The position numbers and the translations under genes were made by a program. The notes under the pieces are model-generated. The model did not search any database and was not told the DNA's origin. It saw only the letters and a list, made by a program, of their open reading frames with translations. DNA of 64,000 bases from Acetobacteraceae bacterium (GTDB lineage Bacteria > Pseudomonadota > Alphaproteobacteria > Acetobacterales > Acetobacteraceae): the NCBI GenBank assembly GCA_965246925.1, contig OZ251994.1, positions 1,060,557 to 1,124,556 on the forward strand. Direction: 5' to 3'. Positions 28,498-37,576 of the stretch are shown piece after piece (positions within the stretch are counted from its first letter, which is position 1; each line of letters begins with the position of its first letter).

Positions 28498-29857
28498 CCC
28501 GGCCGGCCGGCCAACCGGGGCCGCGTTCGGCCTCCTGATGCTGCTGATCACGTTCGTCGTGATCGGCGTGTCCGGCGGCATGCTCTGGCTGGTTGGCTAC
28601 AACTACGACGGGCTGACGGGCGGCGTGGTGACGAAGCTTCATCCATCCACCTTTCTCATTTTCGCCGCCTTCCTGTTCCGCGCCGTGAGCGCGGGAAATC
28701 CCGTGCGCTACGCGGTAGAAGGGGCCTGGTCGAGGCCGGGCAGTTTCTTTCTGATACTGGCCGCGCTGGTGATGTTCATCCAGATCGTAGCCCGCGCCGG
28801 CACCGGCATCGCCGGCACGATCGACACCTTCATGCCGGCCGCGCTGCTGCTGATCTTGATGGCGGATGTGGATGACCGGACGGCGGGGCGGATGGAGAAC
28901 CTGCTACATGTGCTCATGTTCATCAACGCCGTGCTGGCGCTGGTGGAGTTCGGCGGCCATGTGCGGATTTTCCCCTACCGGCTGGACGGGAAAGTGTTCC
29001 CGCTCGAGACGCGGTCCGCCGGTCTGCAAGGGCATCCGCTGATGGGAGCGGCCATCACCGCTTGCTATAGTTTGGGCCTTGTGAACGGCGCCCGGTCTCT
29101 GCCGGGCTGGTTCCGATTGGCGATGCTCGCGCTACAAGGCGCCGCGCTCATCACCTTCGGCGGACGGGCGGCGACGGTCATGACCCTCGCAATGATGGCC
29201 GTGTTCTTCGCCGGTGAAACGCACCGGCTGTTCCGCGCGGGCGCGGTCCCGATATTGGGAGCAGCATTTGCCTTGTTCGTCGCTGCGATCGTGCCGGCCG
29301 TGGCAGGGATCCTGATCGAGCGTGGCTTCTTCGATGCCTTGCTGATGCGGTTCGTTCGGGATGGCGGCAGCGCCAACGCGCGTGTCGAAATGTTCAGCCT
29401 CTTCGGGTCCATTCCGTTTCGGGACCTGCTGGTGGGGCCCGATACTGGCTTGGTCGAGAGCTTACGCCGGGTCAGCGGCCTGGAATGGGGAATCGAGCAG
29501 CCGATCGTGAACACACTGCTGCATCAGGGCGTAATGATTACGCTACTCATGACAGCCGCCATGGCCGGCTTCCTCACGGAGGTCGGACGGCGGGCTGGCC
29601 ACGGGGTTTGGCTGCCGATGCTCACGTTTGTGATCGTAATGCAAACGTCAGAAAGCGTTTCGAGCAAGACGACGATGCTGACCAAGTTCACGCTAATGAT
29701 GATGTTGCTATACCGGCCCCGGGCTCACCCGGCGGTGCGGAGGCCGAGCGCCTCGATCATGGCGGGGTCGAGCGCGCGGGTAGTGTCGTCCATGAGGCCC
29801 ATGCCGTCGAATAGGTTCCAGAAGGCCCACCCGAACCCGAAACCCTCTGCCATCTGA
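28481..29857 (+). CDS. O-antigen ligase/Wzy-like polysaccharide polymerase
   Basis: Polytopic membrane protein with RSAGLQGHPLMGAAIT, resembling the Wzy_C R-x-x-G-x-x-x-H-P-N loop. The last ~45 codons overlap the convergent GH5 gene and look non-native. Confidence 0.6.
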   Translation: MTGLASPAGRPTGAAFGLLMLLITFVVIGVSGGMLWLVGYNYDGLTGGVVTKLHPSTFLIFAAFLFRAVSAGNPVRYAVEGAWSRPGSFFLILAALVMFIQIVARAGTGIAGTIDTFMPAALLLILMADVDDRTAGRMENLLHVLMFINAVLALVEFGGHVRIFPYRLDGKVFPLETRSAGLQGHPLMGAAITACYSLGLVNGARSLPGWFRLAMLALQGAALITFGGRAATVMTLAMMAVFFAGETHRLFRAGAVPILGAAFALFVAAIVPAVAGILIERGFFDALLMRFVRDGGSANARVEMFSLFGSIPFRDLLVGPDTGLVESLRRVSGLEWGIEQPIVNTLLHQGVMITLLMTAAMAGFLTEVGRRAGHGVWLPMLTFVIVMQTSESVSSKTTMLTKFTLMMMLLYRPRAHPAVRRPSASIMAGSSARVVSSMRPMPSNRFQKAHPNPKPSAI

Positions 29858-30948
29858 CGGACATCACGCACGTAGCGCGCCCGGTCTGGGGCGGGGGCGG
29901 CGGTATAGCGCTGATCGGTGCGGAGCGCGCCGAACTCCCCCATGACGAGCCGGGCGGAGGGTATGCCGTGCTTTGTGCCCCAGTCCGCGACCGCGCCCAG
30001 ATATTGCCTCAGAAAGGGGCGGTCCGGTTGCGCGGCGAAATAGACGCCCAGGACTTTCTCGGTTTCCTGCATGGCCGCGCGCCGCTCATCTGCACTTGTG
30101 CCGTGATCTTCGCTCATGCGGCGGCGGACCGAGGCCAGCGTTTGCTGCAACGACCCGGCGGAGGCTGGCCAGGGCACATTATTCAGCGCGCGATACACCG
30201 GCTCCCGCATCCAGGGCGCGCCCTGATGGCTAAACAAATAGGGCTCGTAGAAGTGGAAGGCATAGAGCAACGGCTCGAGCGGATGAAGTGGGGCCGGGTC
30301 TAGAGCGACAAGGCCGCTGGGCATGCTGCCGCAGGCGCCGGTAGCAACCAATGTCAGGCCTGGCGCGGCCCGGCGAGCGGTGGATAGTAACTGTATTTGC
30401 AGTCCGGCCCACTCCGCCGATACGCAGGCCTGCGGCGGTTCGTTCACCGGTTCCAGCGCCACGCGGGCAAGGTCAAGGCGGCCCAGTCTGGCCGCGAAAG
30501 CCTCAACCAACAGGAGGTAGGGGTTCAGAGCCGGGGCGGTATGCGCCGAATACATTCTGTCCGGCGTCCAATGATGGGTAGCCCCATTGCCGTGTAGGTT
30601 GACGATCACCGACAATCGTTCGGAAAGCGCGGACTGAACGGCCTCCATGACGTCCTGCAGCAACGCGCCACGCTTGGCTTCATCAAAGGCAAGGAATGGC
30701 CCGGGATCGACGGGGATGCGGATAAAGTCAAAGCCGGCCTGGCGCAGTCTCCGCAAATCTGCCCTGCCCGGCACGGCGCGCTGCGCCTGCCAGGGAGGCC
30801 AAGGGTAGTCTGTCCGGGGTGCCGGATATTCACGGGTGAGCGAGAACCACGGCCAGGTATTCACCCCGCGGCGGAAAGACGATCCCGTCGGTGCAGTTAG
30901 CGGCGCCGCGGCCAAGAGTTGGGCCGCGCGCCGCCGGGTTAGTCTCAA
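29725..30948 (-). CDS. Glycoside hydrolase family 5 (endoglucanase-like), exported
   Basis: Tat-like RRRAAQLL signal. GFDFIRIPV, NLHG, EPVNEP (acid/base), FHFYEP, MGEFG (nucleophile). Confidence 0.8.
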   Translation of the reverse strand: MRLTRRRAAQLLAAAPLTAPTGSSFRRGVNTWPWFSLTREYPAPRTDYPWPPWQAQRAVPGRADLRRLRQAGFDFIRIPVDPGPFLAFDEAKRGALLQDVMEAVQSALSERLSVIVNLHGNGATHHWTPDRMYSAHTAPALNPYLLLVEAFAARLGRLDLARVALEPVNEPPQACVSAEWAGLQIQLLSTARRAAPGLTLVATGACGSMPSGLVALDPAPLHPLEPLLYAFHFYEPYLFSHQGAPWMREPVYRALNNVPWPASAGSLQQTLASVRRRMSEDHGTSADERRAAMQETEKVLGVYFAAQPDRPFLRQYLGAVADWGTKHGIPSARLVMGEFGALRTDQRYTAAPAPDRARYVRDVRQMAEGFGFGWAFWNLFDGMGLMDDTTRALDPAMIEALGLRTAG

Positions 30949-32117
30949 CCCACTTCCTGCCCGACCAGGGCGGATGCACGCGTCCGGCCCTCAATGAGCG
31001 ATAGGCCTAAAAGCTCGGCCGCCTCCGTCTCATACGCGGCGAGCACGTCGTCCCACACGAACTCTTCCCGGGCCCGGCGGCGGGCGGCGCTTTGGGCATC
31101 GGCGATAAAAGCGTCATCCTCGATGGCGCGCACCATGCAGGCCTCACACTGTGCTGCAGTGTCGAAATAGGCTCCAGCGTCGCCCGCGGTCCAACGGTTG
31201 AACGGGTTGTCATGGGCGATGACGGCGTTCCCGGCCCAGAGCGCTTCCACGAGGGACGGGTTGGTCCCCCCTACCATATGGCCATGGAGGTAGGCCCGCG
31301 CGTGGAACCGTATCGCGCTCACGGCCGTGGCGTCATAGATGGCGCCCGGAAAAACCACCTCGTCGCTCGCAGCCTCCATCACTTGGCGATGGTATGCGCG
31401 TTCCATGTCCAGCGTGCCGACCACGACGAGCTTGCATCCCCGCTTCTCCTTGGAGAACGCTTCGACGAAGGCGGCGATATTATTGTCCGGCTCGATCCGG
31501 GCAATGGAGAGCAAGTAGTTGCCAGGCTCGAGTCCTAAATCCCACACTGGTCCGGTTCCAGCCTGAGTGACCGGGTGGCCACCATAGGGAATCATGCGGA
31601 TGGCGTCCCGCCCGCGGCGGGTGGCGACGTGCTTTGCAATGGCAGGATGATCTGCAATGAGGCGGTGAGAGGTCCAGGCGGCAATCCATTCGTTCACCCA
31701 GAACCAGCTTCGCGCGGCCATGCCCCATTTCGGGCGCTTCCACTCGATACCGTCCATGTTCGTCATCACCTTACGGCCATACAACCGAAGGTAGGGCAGG
31801 AACGCGGCACCATTATAACCAAGCACCAGGCATACGCCAGGGCGCCGCGCCGCGTCTTTGACGCAATGCCAGTCAAACTCCAGCGTAGCACGAGGGCCGG
31901 AGGAGCTGACGCTGACGTGCCGCCGCTCGATCCCGCGCCAGCGGTCAGACACGATCCGGTCCACGACGATAGGGACTTCGGACTGACAGTAAACGGTCAC
32001 ATCCCAGCCGCGTGATACCAAAAACAGCGCAAGCTTCTCGGCAAACGTCTCAAATCCGCCATGCGAGGCCGGTATCCCCCGCGTGCCCAAGATCTGAATG
32101 GCAGCCCGAAACTTCAC
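30945..32117 (-). CDS. Glycosyltransferase (DUF1972 N-terminal domain + GT1/GT4 C-terminal domain)
   Basis: ILGTRGIPASHGGFETFAEKLALFLVSRGWDVTVYC is the DUF1972 signature. The C-terminal region is GT-B-like. Confidence 0.8.
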   Translation of the reverse strand: MKFRAAIQILGTRGIPASHGGFETFAEKLALFLVSRGWDVTVYCQSEVPIVVDRIVSDRWRGIERRHVSVSSSGPRATLEFDWHCVKDAARRPGVCLVLGYNGAAFLPYLRLYGRKVMTNMDGIEWKRPKWGMAARSWFWVNEWIAAWTSHRLIADHPAIAKHVATRRGRDAIRMIPYGGHPVTQAGTGPVWDLGLEPGNYLLSIARIEPDNNIAAFVEAFSKEKRGCKLVVVGTLDMERAYHRQVMEAASDEVVFPGAIYDATAVSAIRFHARAYLHGHMVGGTNPSLVEALWAGNAVIAHDNPFNRWTAGDAGAYFDTAAQCEACMVRAIEDDAFIADAQSAARRRAREEFVWDDVLAAYETEAAELLGLSLIEGRTRASALVGQEVG

Positions 32118-32279
32118 GATGATGTCCCAATCAGCTCAGGTTAATAATAATCTCTTAAACTAGACGGAAGTAAGCGAGTTTTATTACAGCGATGGTTGAG
32201 TAATATGAGACATTACCACCAGGGCTATGTCTTGCGCAAGCCCTATGGCATAGCACGCGGGATTTAACGGATTTGTCCG
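32118..32279. promoter_or_regulatory. A+T-rich divergent promoter region between the two glycosyltransferase genes
   Basis: TTAATAATAATCTCTTAAACTAGAC... is the most A+T-rich intergenic segment of the EPS locus. No boxes are claimed. Confidence 0.4.
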
Positions 32280-33386
32280 ATGCGCATCGCCTGCGTCCAC
32301 CAAGGGTATGAACTGTACGGTTCAGATCGCTGTTTTGCTGAAAGCGTGGCGGCGCTGCGAGTTGCCTACCCAGCGGCCGAAATCGACGTCGTGCTGCCCC
32401 GGCCGGGTCCGCTGGCAACTTATCTGGGCCCGACCGCCACGCGCATCCTGTTCGAGCGGCTATGGATCCTACGGCGGCGTGACCTCAAAACCTTGATGAC
32501 CATCGGGCTCCTCAGGCTTCCAGCCGCATTGATGCGCGCCGCACGGCGCTGCCGAAGTTATAACCTAGTTTACATCAACACGTCCGTCGTCACCGATCAC
32601 ATCCTAGCCGCGCGGATCGCCCCATCCCGCGTCTTGCTGCACGTGCACGAAATCCCCGAGGGCCTCACGCTTACCATCCTGCGCAGCTTGGTGCGGTGGA
32701 GCCACGCGCAGATCATCTTCAACTCGCATGCGACCGAAGCGGCCTTCGCCTTACCCACTCGAGCCCGGGCACAGGTCATCTACAATGGCATCACCGGGCC
32801 GCAGGCGGCTGAGCCGTCCGGCTATGACGGCACTCGTCCGCTCCGGCTGCTGCTCCTGGGACGCATCAACCGGATCAAGGGTCAAGAGGTTTTGCTCGAG
32901 GCAATGGCCGCCCTGCCCGATGCTACCCGTGCACGGATCGAGGTCAGGATGGTCGGTAACGCTTTCGAGAGCCCGGACAGCGAAGCGGCCCTGCATGCGC
33001 TGAAAGACCGCCTCAACCTCTCCAGCACGGTGTCGATCGAGCCGTTCGCCGAAGACACCGCCCCGCTTTACCGCTGGGCCGATTGGGTGATCGTGCCGTC
33101 CCGCCGTCCGGAATCGTTAGGCCGGGTCGCGATCGAGGCGATGGCGTATGCGCGTCCGGTGCTGGCCTCTGCGATCGGCGGGTTGAAGGAGGTCGTGCTG
33201 GACGGGCAGACCGGGTGGCTCATTCCGCCAGACCGCGCCGACGCGTTGGCCGAGCGGCTGCAGCATATCATCGGGGAGCCGGCGTCGTGGCAGGGCTTCG
33301 CCGCCGCGGCCCGCCAGCGCTACCTCGAATTGTTCAGCGACCAGGCTGCCGCGCAGGCGTTGGCCACGCTTGTCCGGGCCATGTAG
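32280..33386 (+). CDS. Glycosyltransferase family 4 (GT-B)
   Basis: RINRIKGQEVLLEA..., VPSRRPESLGRVAIEAMAYARPVLASAIGGLKEVV (E-x7-E region). Confidence 0.85.
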   Translation: MRIACVHQGYELYGSDRCFAESVAALRVAYPAAEIDVVLPRPGPLATYLGPTATRILFERLWILRRRDLKTLMTIGLLRLPAALMRAARRCRSYNLVYINTSVVTDHILAARIAPSRVLLHVHEIPEGLTLTILRSLVRWSHAQIIFNSHATEAAFALPTRARAQVIYNGITGPQAAEPSGYDGTRPLRLLLLGRINRIKGQEVLLEAMAALPDATRARIEVRMVGNAFESPDSEAALHALKDRLNLSSTVSIEPFAEDTAPLYRWADWVIVPSRRPESLGRVAIEAMAYARPVLASAIGGLKEVVLDGQTGWLIPPDRADALAERLQHIIGEPASWQGFAAAARQRYLELFSDQAAAQALATLVRAM

Positions 33387-33396
33387 TGCCGCACGC

Positions 33397-34677
33397 ATGA
33401 TCACCCTGATCCGTCACGTCGCCCGCCGCATGATCATCGTCGTGAGCGGCGAGGCCGCGCAGAGCGGGGTGCACTTCGTGTTGAACCTCGGCCTGCTGCA
33501 CCGGCTGCCGCCGCGCGAGTATGGCGTGTTCGCGCTGGTGATGGTGATGGGCGGGCTGGGCCTTACGTACGTCCGGTCGCTTACGGCCATGCCGGCCAGC
33601 ATCTGGATCGGGCGCAGCCGGACCATAAGGGAGGCGGACGCTTACGATGTGACGTTCGGGTCCGCGGCGCTCATCCTGTCCGCCATGATCGCGGTCATCG
33701 TCGTCCTGATCCTGCACGGCTGGGGCGAAAGCGGTGCTGCACTCGGAGGTTTCTTCGTCGGCTTCTGGTCCCTACGCAGTCATATGCGCACCGCGACGTT
33801 CGCCCGGGGGGAGATCATGCCGGTCGCGGTCAGCGACGCGGTCTTCACCATATGCGGCCTCGGCCTATCCATCGTGGTCTTGGCCTGGGACGAAGGGCAA
33901 CTGCAGAAGGACGTGTTCGCGCTGCTGAGCCTGGCGAACGTCCTGGGTATCGGCGCCCTGATCGTCGCCCGGGGCAATCCCGTGCGGATCAGCCTGGGCC
34001 GCAGCGTCCGGCGCCGCTATCTAGGGCTTTGGCGTCCGCTGAGCTGGTCCGGCGTCGGCATCACCACCACGAACCTCCAAGGGCAGGGACTGGCCCTGGT
34101 CGTGGCGGCCTTGGCGGGCCCGGCAGGCTATGCGCCGATCGCGGCCAGCGTGGTATTGTTCGTGCCGGTGCGCATCTTTTCGGCGGCGCTGGTCAACATC
34201 GTCCAAGCCCAGCTCTCCGCCGTCGTGGGACGGGGGGAATGGGCCCGGGTGTGGCAACAGGCGCTAACGTGGACCGCGGTTCTGGGCGGCGTCAGCCTGT
34301 TATACGGTGCGGCCGTCGTCACATCGTTGCCGTTGCTGCATCTGCAAATCTTCAATGACGCCCCGGTTTGGATCGTCGGTTCGTTCGCTTGGGCAATTTC
34401 GTGCGCGACCATGCTGTACGTCATGCCGCGCATCATCCTAGAGGCGGTCGGTGCATTGCGGATGATCGCCTTCATCTCGGCAATTAGCGCCGTCATCGGC
34501 ATCTCAACGGTTGCGGGACTGTTGCTCGTTTCAACCCCAGCCTGGTCGATGGCAGGTGGTTTGTTGTCCGAGTTGACAGTTTTGATCGGTTCTTGGCTGG
34601 CGCTGCATCGTTGGAAGGATCAAAGACGTGTCCCAGCAGGCCTCGGGTGGACGGGGCTGCCGCGGAGAGTGCCTTGA
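33397..34677 (+). CDS. Polysaccharide flippase-like membrane protein (Wzx/MOP-like)
   Basis: About 12 predicted TM segments in an EPS locus. ATG 33397 lies 10 nt after the upstream stop. Family assignment is by context and topology only. Confidence 0.55.
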   Translation: MITLIRHVARRMIIVVSGEAAQSGVHFVLNLGLLHRLPPREYGVFALVMVMGGLGLTYVRSLTAMPASIWIGRSRTIREADAYDVTFGSAALILSAMIAVIVVLILHGWGESGAALGGFFVGFWSLRSHMRTATFARGEIMPVAVSDAVFTICGLGLSIVVLAWDEGQLQKDVFALLSLANVLGIGALIVARGNPVRISLGRSVRRRYLGLWRPLSWSGVGITTTNLQGQGLALVVAALAGPAGYAPIAASVVLFVPVRIFSAALVNIVQAQLSAVVGRGEWARVWQQALTWTAVLGGVSLLYGAAVVTSLPLLHLQIFNDAPVWIVGSFAWAISCATMLYVMPRIILEAVGALRMIAFISAISAVIGISTVAGLLLVSTPAWSMAGGLLSELTVLIGSWLALHRWKDQRRVPAGLGWTGLPRRVP

Positions 34678-34680
34678 TGG

Positions 34681-35832
34681 GTGGACTGGATGGTTGAAGG
34701 GGCCGCGATGTCGACGAACCTTTCAGCATCGGGCGTCGTTGGGGTGCGGGGGTTGCAGCGATGCGACATTCCGCAGGTGTGCGAGCTGTTCGTCCGCACG
34801 TTCCGTAAGAAAGCCACAGGCCGTCCAGAGGGGCTCGCGACGGCGCTGACCGATACGTTTCTGGACGCGCCCGGCGTCATCCCGGGCGCCGGTTCGCTCG
34901 TGCACGTGGACGCCGGCGGGCTGATCAACGGCTTCTACGGCATCATCAATCTAACGCTCCGCCTCCGTGAACGGACGCTGCGGCTGGGCCTATTGTGCTC
35001 CTACATGGCCGATAGCCCGGCCGATAACCCGACGATCGGCGTCAAGTTGATGCGCAAGGCGCTCCAGCTGCCGCTCGATCTCATCTTTACCGACACGGCC
35101 AACAGCACCTCGCTCGACATCGGCCGCGCGCTCCGCGCCGTCACCCTTCCGCTGCAGAGTATGGAATGGGCCAAGATCCTGCGCCCGGCCGGGACGGCGG
35201 CGTTCATGGTGGGGCGGCGCTGGCCAGTGCTGCGCGATGTAACGCCGCCGGTGGGCCGCACGCTGGACATCGTGGCCAAGGGTGTTGCCAGCTTGAAGGT
35301 GAACACGCGCAACCTGACCGGCGTCACGGACCAAGCGATCCCGTTAGCCGATTTCGTGGATGGCGCCCCGGCCCTCCTGGACCAGGCCGCCCTGCGGCCA
35401 GGCTGGGACCGGCAGGAACTGACATGGCTGATCACCCAGGCCGGGCTCAAGACCAAGAATGGACCGCTGCATATCCGTGAGGTGCTGGATCGTAACGGGC
35501 GCCGGGCCGGGCTGTATCTGATCTACCTGCGGCCCGGCGGCGTAGCGGCCTCGCTCCAGACCTTGGCCCGGGAAGGCAAGGAGGAGATCGTCGTGGCCAG
35601 CATGCTGCGCTTTGCGCATGAGTCGGGCGTGGTGGCCGTCAAGGGTGCGGCATCGCAATGCGTCGTGCTAGGCTTGATGCATCAAGAAGGCACGTTCTAC
35701 CGCACGACCATGGCCGCCCAGGCCTGGACCGCCGACCCGGAGATCGCCGCGGCGCTACGGGCCGGCAACGTCGTGCTCGGCGGCCTCACCGGGGAGACCT
35801 GGACGCGCATCTATTCGGACGTGTTCGAGTAG
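34681..35832 (+). CDS. GNAT-like acyltransferase (two-domain)
   Basis: N-terminal segment with an acetyltransferase-like pattern (IPQVCELFVRTF ... LINGFYGIINL ... IGVKLMRKAL). Alternative starts at 34690 and 34708. Confidence 0.45.
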   Translation: MDWMVEGAAMSTNLSASGVVGVRGLQRCDIPQVCELFVRTFRKKATGRPEGLATALTDTFLDAPGVIPGAGSLVHVDAGGLINGFYGIINLTLRLRERTLRLGLLCSYMADSPADNPTIGVKLMRKALQLPLDLIFTDTANSTSLDIGRALRAVTLPLQSMEWAKILRPAGTAAFMVGRRWPVLRDVTPPVGRTLDIVAKGVASLKVNTRNLTGVTDQAIPLADFVDGAPALLDQAALRPGWDRQELTWLITQAGLKTKNGPLHIREVLDRNGRRAGLYLIYLRPGGVAASLQTLAREGKEEIVVASMLRFAHESGVVAVKGAASQCVVLGLMHQEGTFYRTTMAAQAWTADPEIAAALRAGNVVLGGLTGETWTRIYSDVFE

Positions 35833-35837
35833 CGGCC

Positions 35838-36704
35838 TCACGAGCCGAACATCGTCCGCTCGGAATACGCCATGTCACCCGGACGCGGGCGGTGGGGGCC
35901 CCGGAAGAATTTAGGCTTGTTGGGGCGATACACCCCGGCTAGGCCCGGCACCTCCGCGTCCGCGTCCATGGCCACCAACAGAAACCCGCGCGCCGCCAAA
36001 GCACGGCCCAGTGGCCCCGCGAACCGCGCGACCTCGGCCACATCCCGGCAATAGGCCAGCATCGCCAGCCCAACCAGGCCATATTTCCGGCGCGGAGCGA
36101 ACACGAAAGGCGTGTGCCGCCCGGCGTCGATCCCCACCAGGCTGACGCAGCCATCTCCGGCATGGTCGGCGAGCAACTGCCGCTCCGCCTCCGACAGGCC
36201 CGGCGACGGCAGATCCGGGCGGTAGCGCACGGCCCGCAGCGGCCCCAACCGCTGGCGCAAAAGCGGCACCGCCACGAACTGCCCCTGGCAATACCGGGCA
36301 TAGCCCTGCGCCTCCAGGATGGGAAAGGTATGCGGGACGGCGGTGAGGTTCACATACGTCGCCTCCCGGTGCCGCAACGCGCGGGTCACCAGCAGCGCGG
36401 CGTAGGGCTGATACGCGGGGCGGACGTGCCAGCTCGATACGCTGCAGCGCACGACGGGCTCTGGGCCGGTTTCGAGACAGGTGAAGATCAGCAGCAACAC
36501 GCCTACCACGTCCGCGCCGTGCTCCAGCAGATAGCCGAAGCGTGGAAAGCCGTCCGGCGCCGGGTGGCGGGCCAGGCGGGCGAGCGCCCGGTCCCAAAAC
36601 GCGCGCCGGCGCTGGCTGCGGAACCCTTCCGTCAGAAGGGCCGCAACCCCGGGCAGATCCGCCTCCTCGACCATCCGGCACCGCAACGAGGGCTGGGCCG
36701 CCAT
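35838..36704 (-). CDS. GNAT-like acyltransferase
   Basis: MVEEADLPGVAALLTEGF ... GYLLEHGADVVGVLLLIF ... SSWHVRPAYQPYAALLV is a GNAT-fold pattern. The start was moved to ATG 36704, 7 nt after the upstream stop. Confidence 0.5.
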   Translation of the reverse strand: MAAQPSLRCRMVEEADLPGVAALLTEGFRSQRRRAFWDRALARLARHPAPDGFPRFGYLLEHGADVVGVLLLIFTCLETGPEPVVRCSVSSWHVRPAYQPYAALLVTRALRHREATYVNLTAVPHTFPILEAQGYARYCQGQFVAVPLLRQRLGPLRAVRYRPDLPSPGLSEAERQLLADHAGDGCVSLVGIDAGRHTPFVFAPRRKYGLVGLAMLAYCRDVAEVARFAGPLGRALAARGFLLVAMDADAEVPGLAGVYRPNKPKFFRGPHRPRPGDMAYSERTMFGS

Positions 36705-36711
36705 CACCCGG

Positions 36712-37576
36712 CTACGACAGCCTGAGGCGTGGCAGGAAGTCCATGACGATGCGGTTGAATAGGAAAGGCTGCTCCAAATGGGCCATGTGTCCGGTGCCGG
36801 GCATCTCGGCATAGCGGGCGCCGGGGATGCGGCTGGCCATGCGCTCCATGCCGGCCGGCGGCGCACTGTCGTCTTTCGCGCCGGATAGGACCAGGACCGG
36901 AACGGTGATGTGCGGCAGGACGTCCCGCTGATCGAAGCCTGGCATGGCGTGCAGGCTGTCGCGGTAGGTGCTGGACGGGCGTCTGGCTGATGAGATCGGC
37001 CGCGAGCGCAACCCCGGACGGGTCCGCGCCATCCGCCACCATGGACGCCACCATAGCCGGCGCCAACTCCGCCAAACTGTGCCCTGCGTCGAGCGGAGCA
37101 AGGCGGTCTTGCAGGAACTCCGCCGCCCAGGCCGGGTCGCGGGAGCCGAAAACCGCGCTGGTTTGCGACAGCACTGCCGCCCGCGCGCCGTGCTTGGCGT
37201 GCGCCAAAAGCGTAAGCAGCACCATCCCGCCAAGGCTATGCCCCACCAGGATAGGCCGGTCCAGCGCCAAGGCCTGAATGAACCCGGCGAGCGCCGCTGC
37301 CAGCGCGTCCATGGTCACCAGCGGTAGCGGGGATGAGCCGCCATAGCCCGGCATGTTCCAGGCCAGCGCCCGGTAACCGGCGCCGCCGAAGAAGCTCAGC
37401 TGCGGCTCGAACTGCCCGGCGCCGGCGCCTAGGCCGTGTAGGAACAGGATGGGCGTGCCATCGGCCGGCCCGTGCTCGAGGTAGGTGATGCCGCCCGCGG
37501 TCGGCGCCTGCTCCGTCTCCTGCTGCGTCTGCTGGTGATCGGGCTCGGCGATGGCGATGCAGCGCTCGGTGGTCAT
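36712..37576 (-). pseudogene. Alpha/beta hydrolase (enol-lactonase-like) interrupted by a frameshift near 36975-36990
   Basis: N-terminal ~195 aa (ILFLHGLGAGAGQF, GHSLGG nucleophile elbow) are in one frame. The expected C-terminus (VPVLVLSGAKDD ... GTGHMAHLEQP catalytic His) is in the 36712..37233 frame. Confidence 0.7.

Noticed and set aside
28481-29857. Calling this membrane protein the missing exosortase for the PEP-CTERM proteins.
   Set aside because: The loop motif RSAGLQGHPLMG fits O-antigen ligase/Wzy-type proteins. I could not find exosortase-type conserved Cys/Arg/His motifs.
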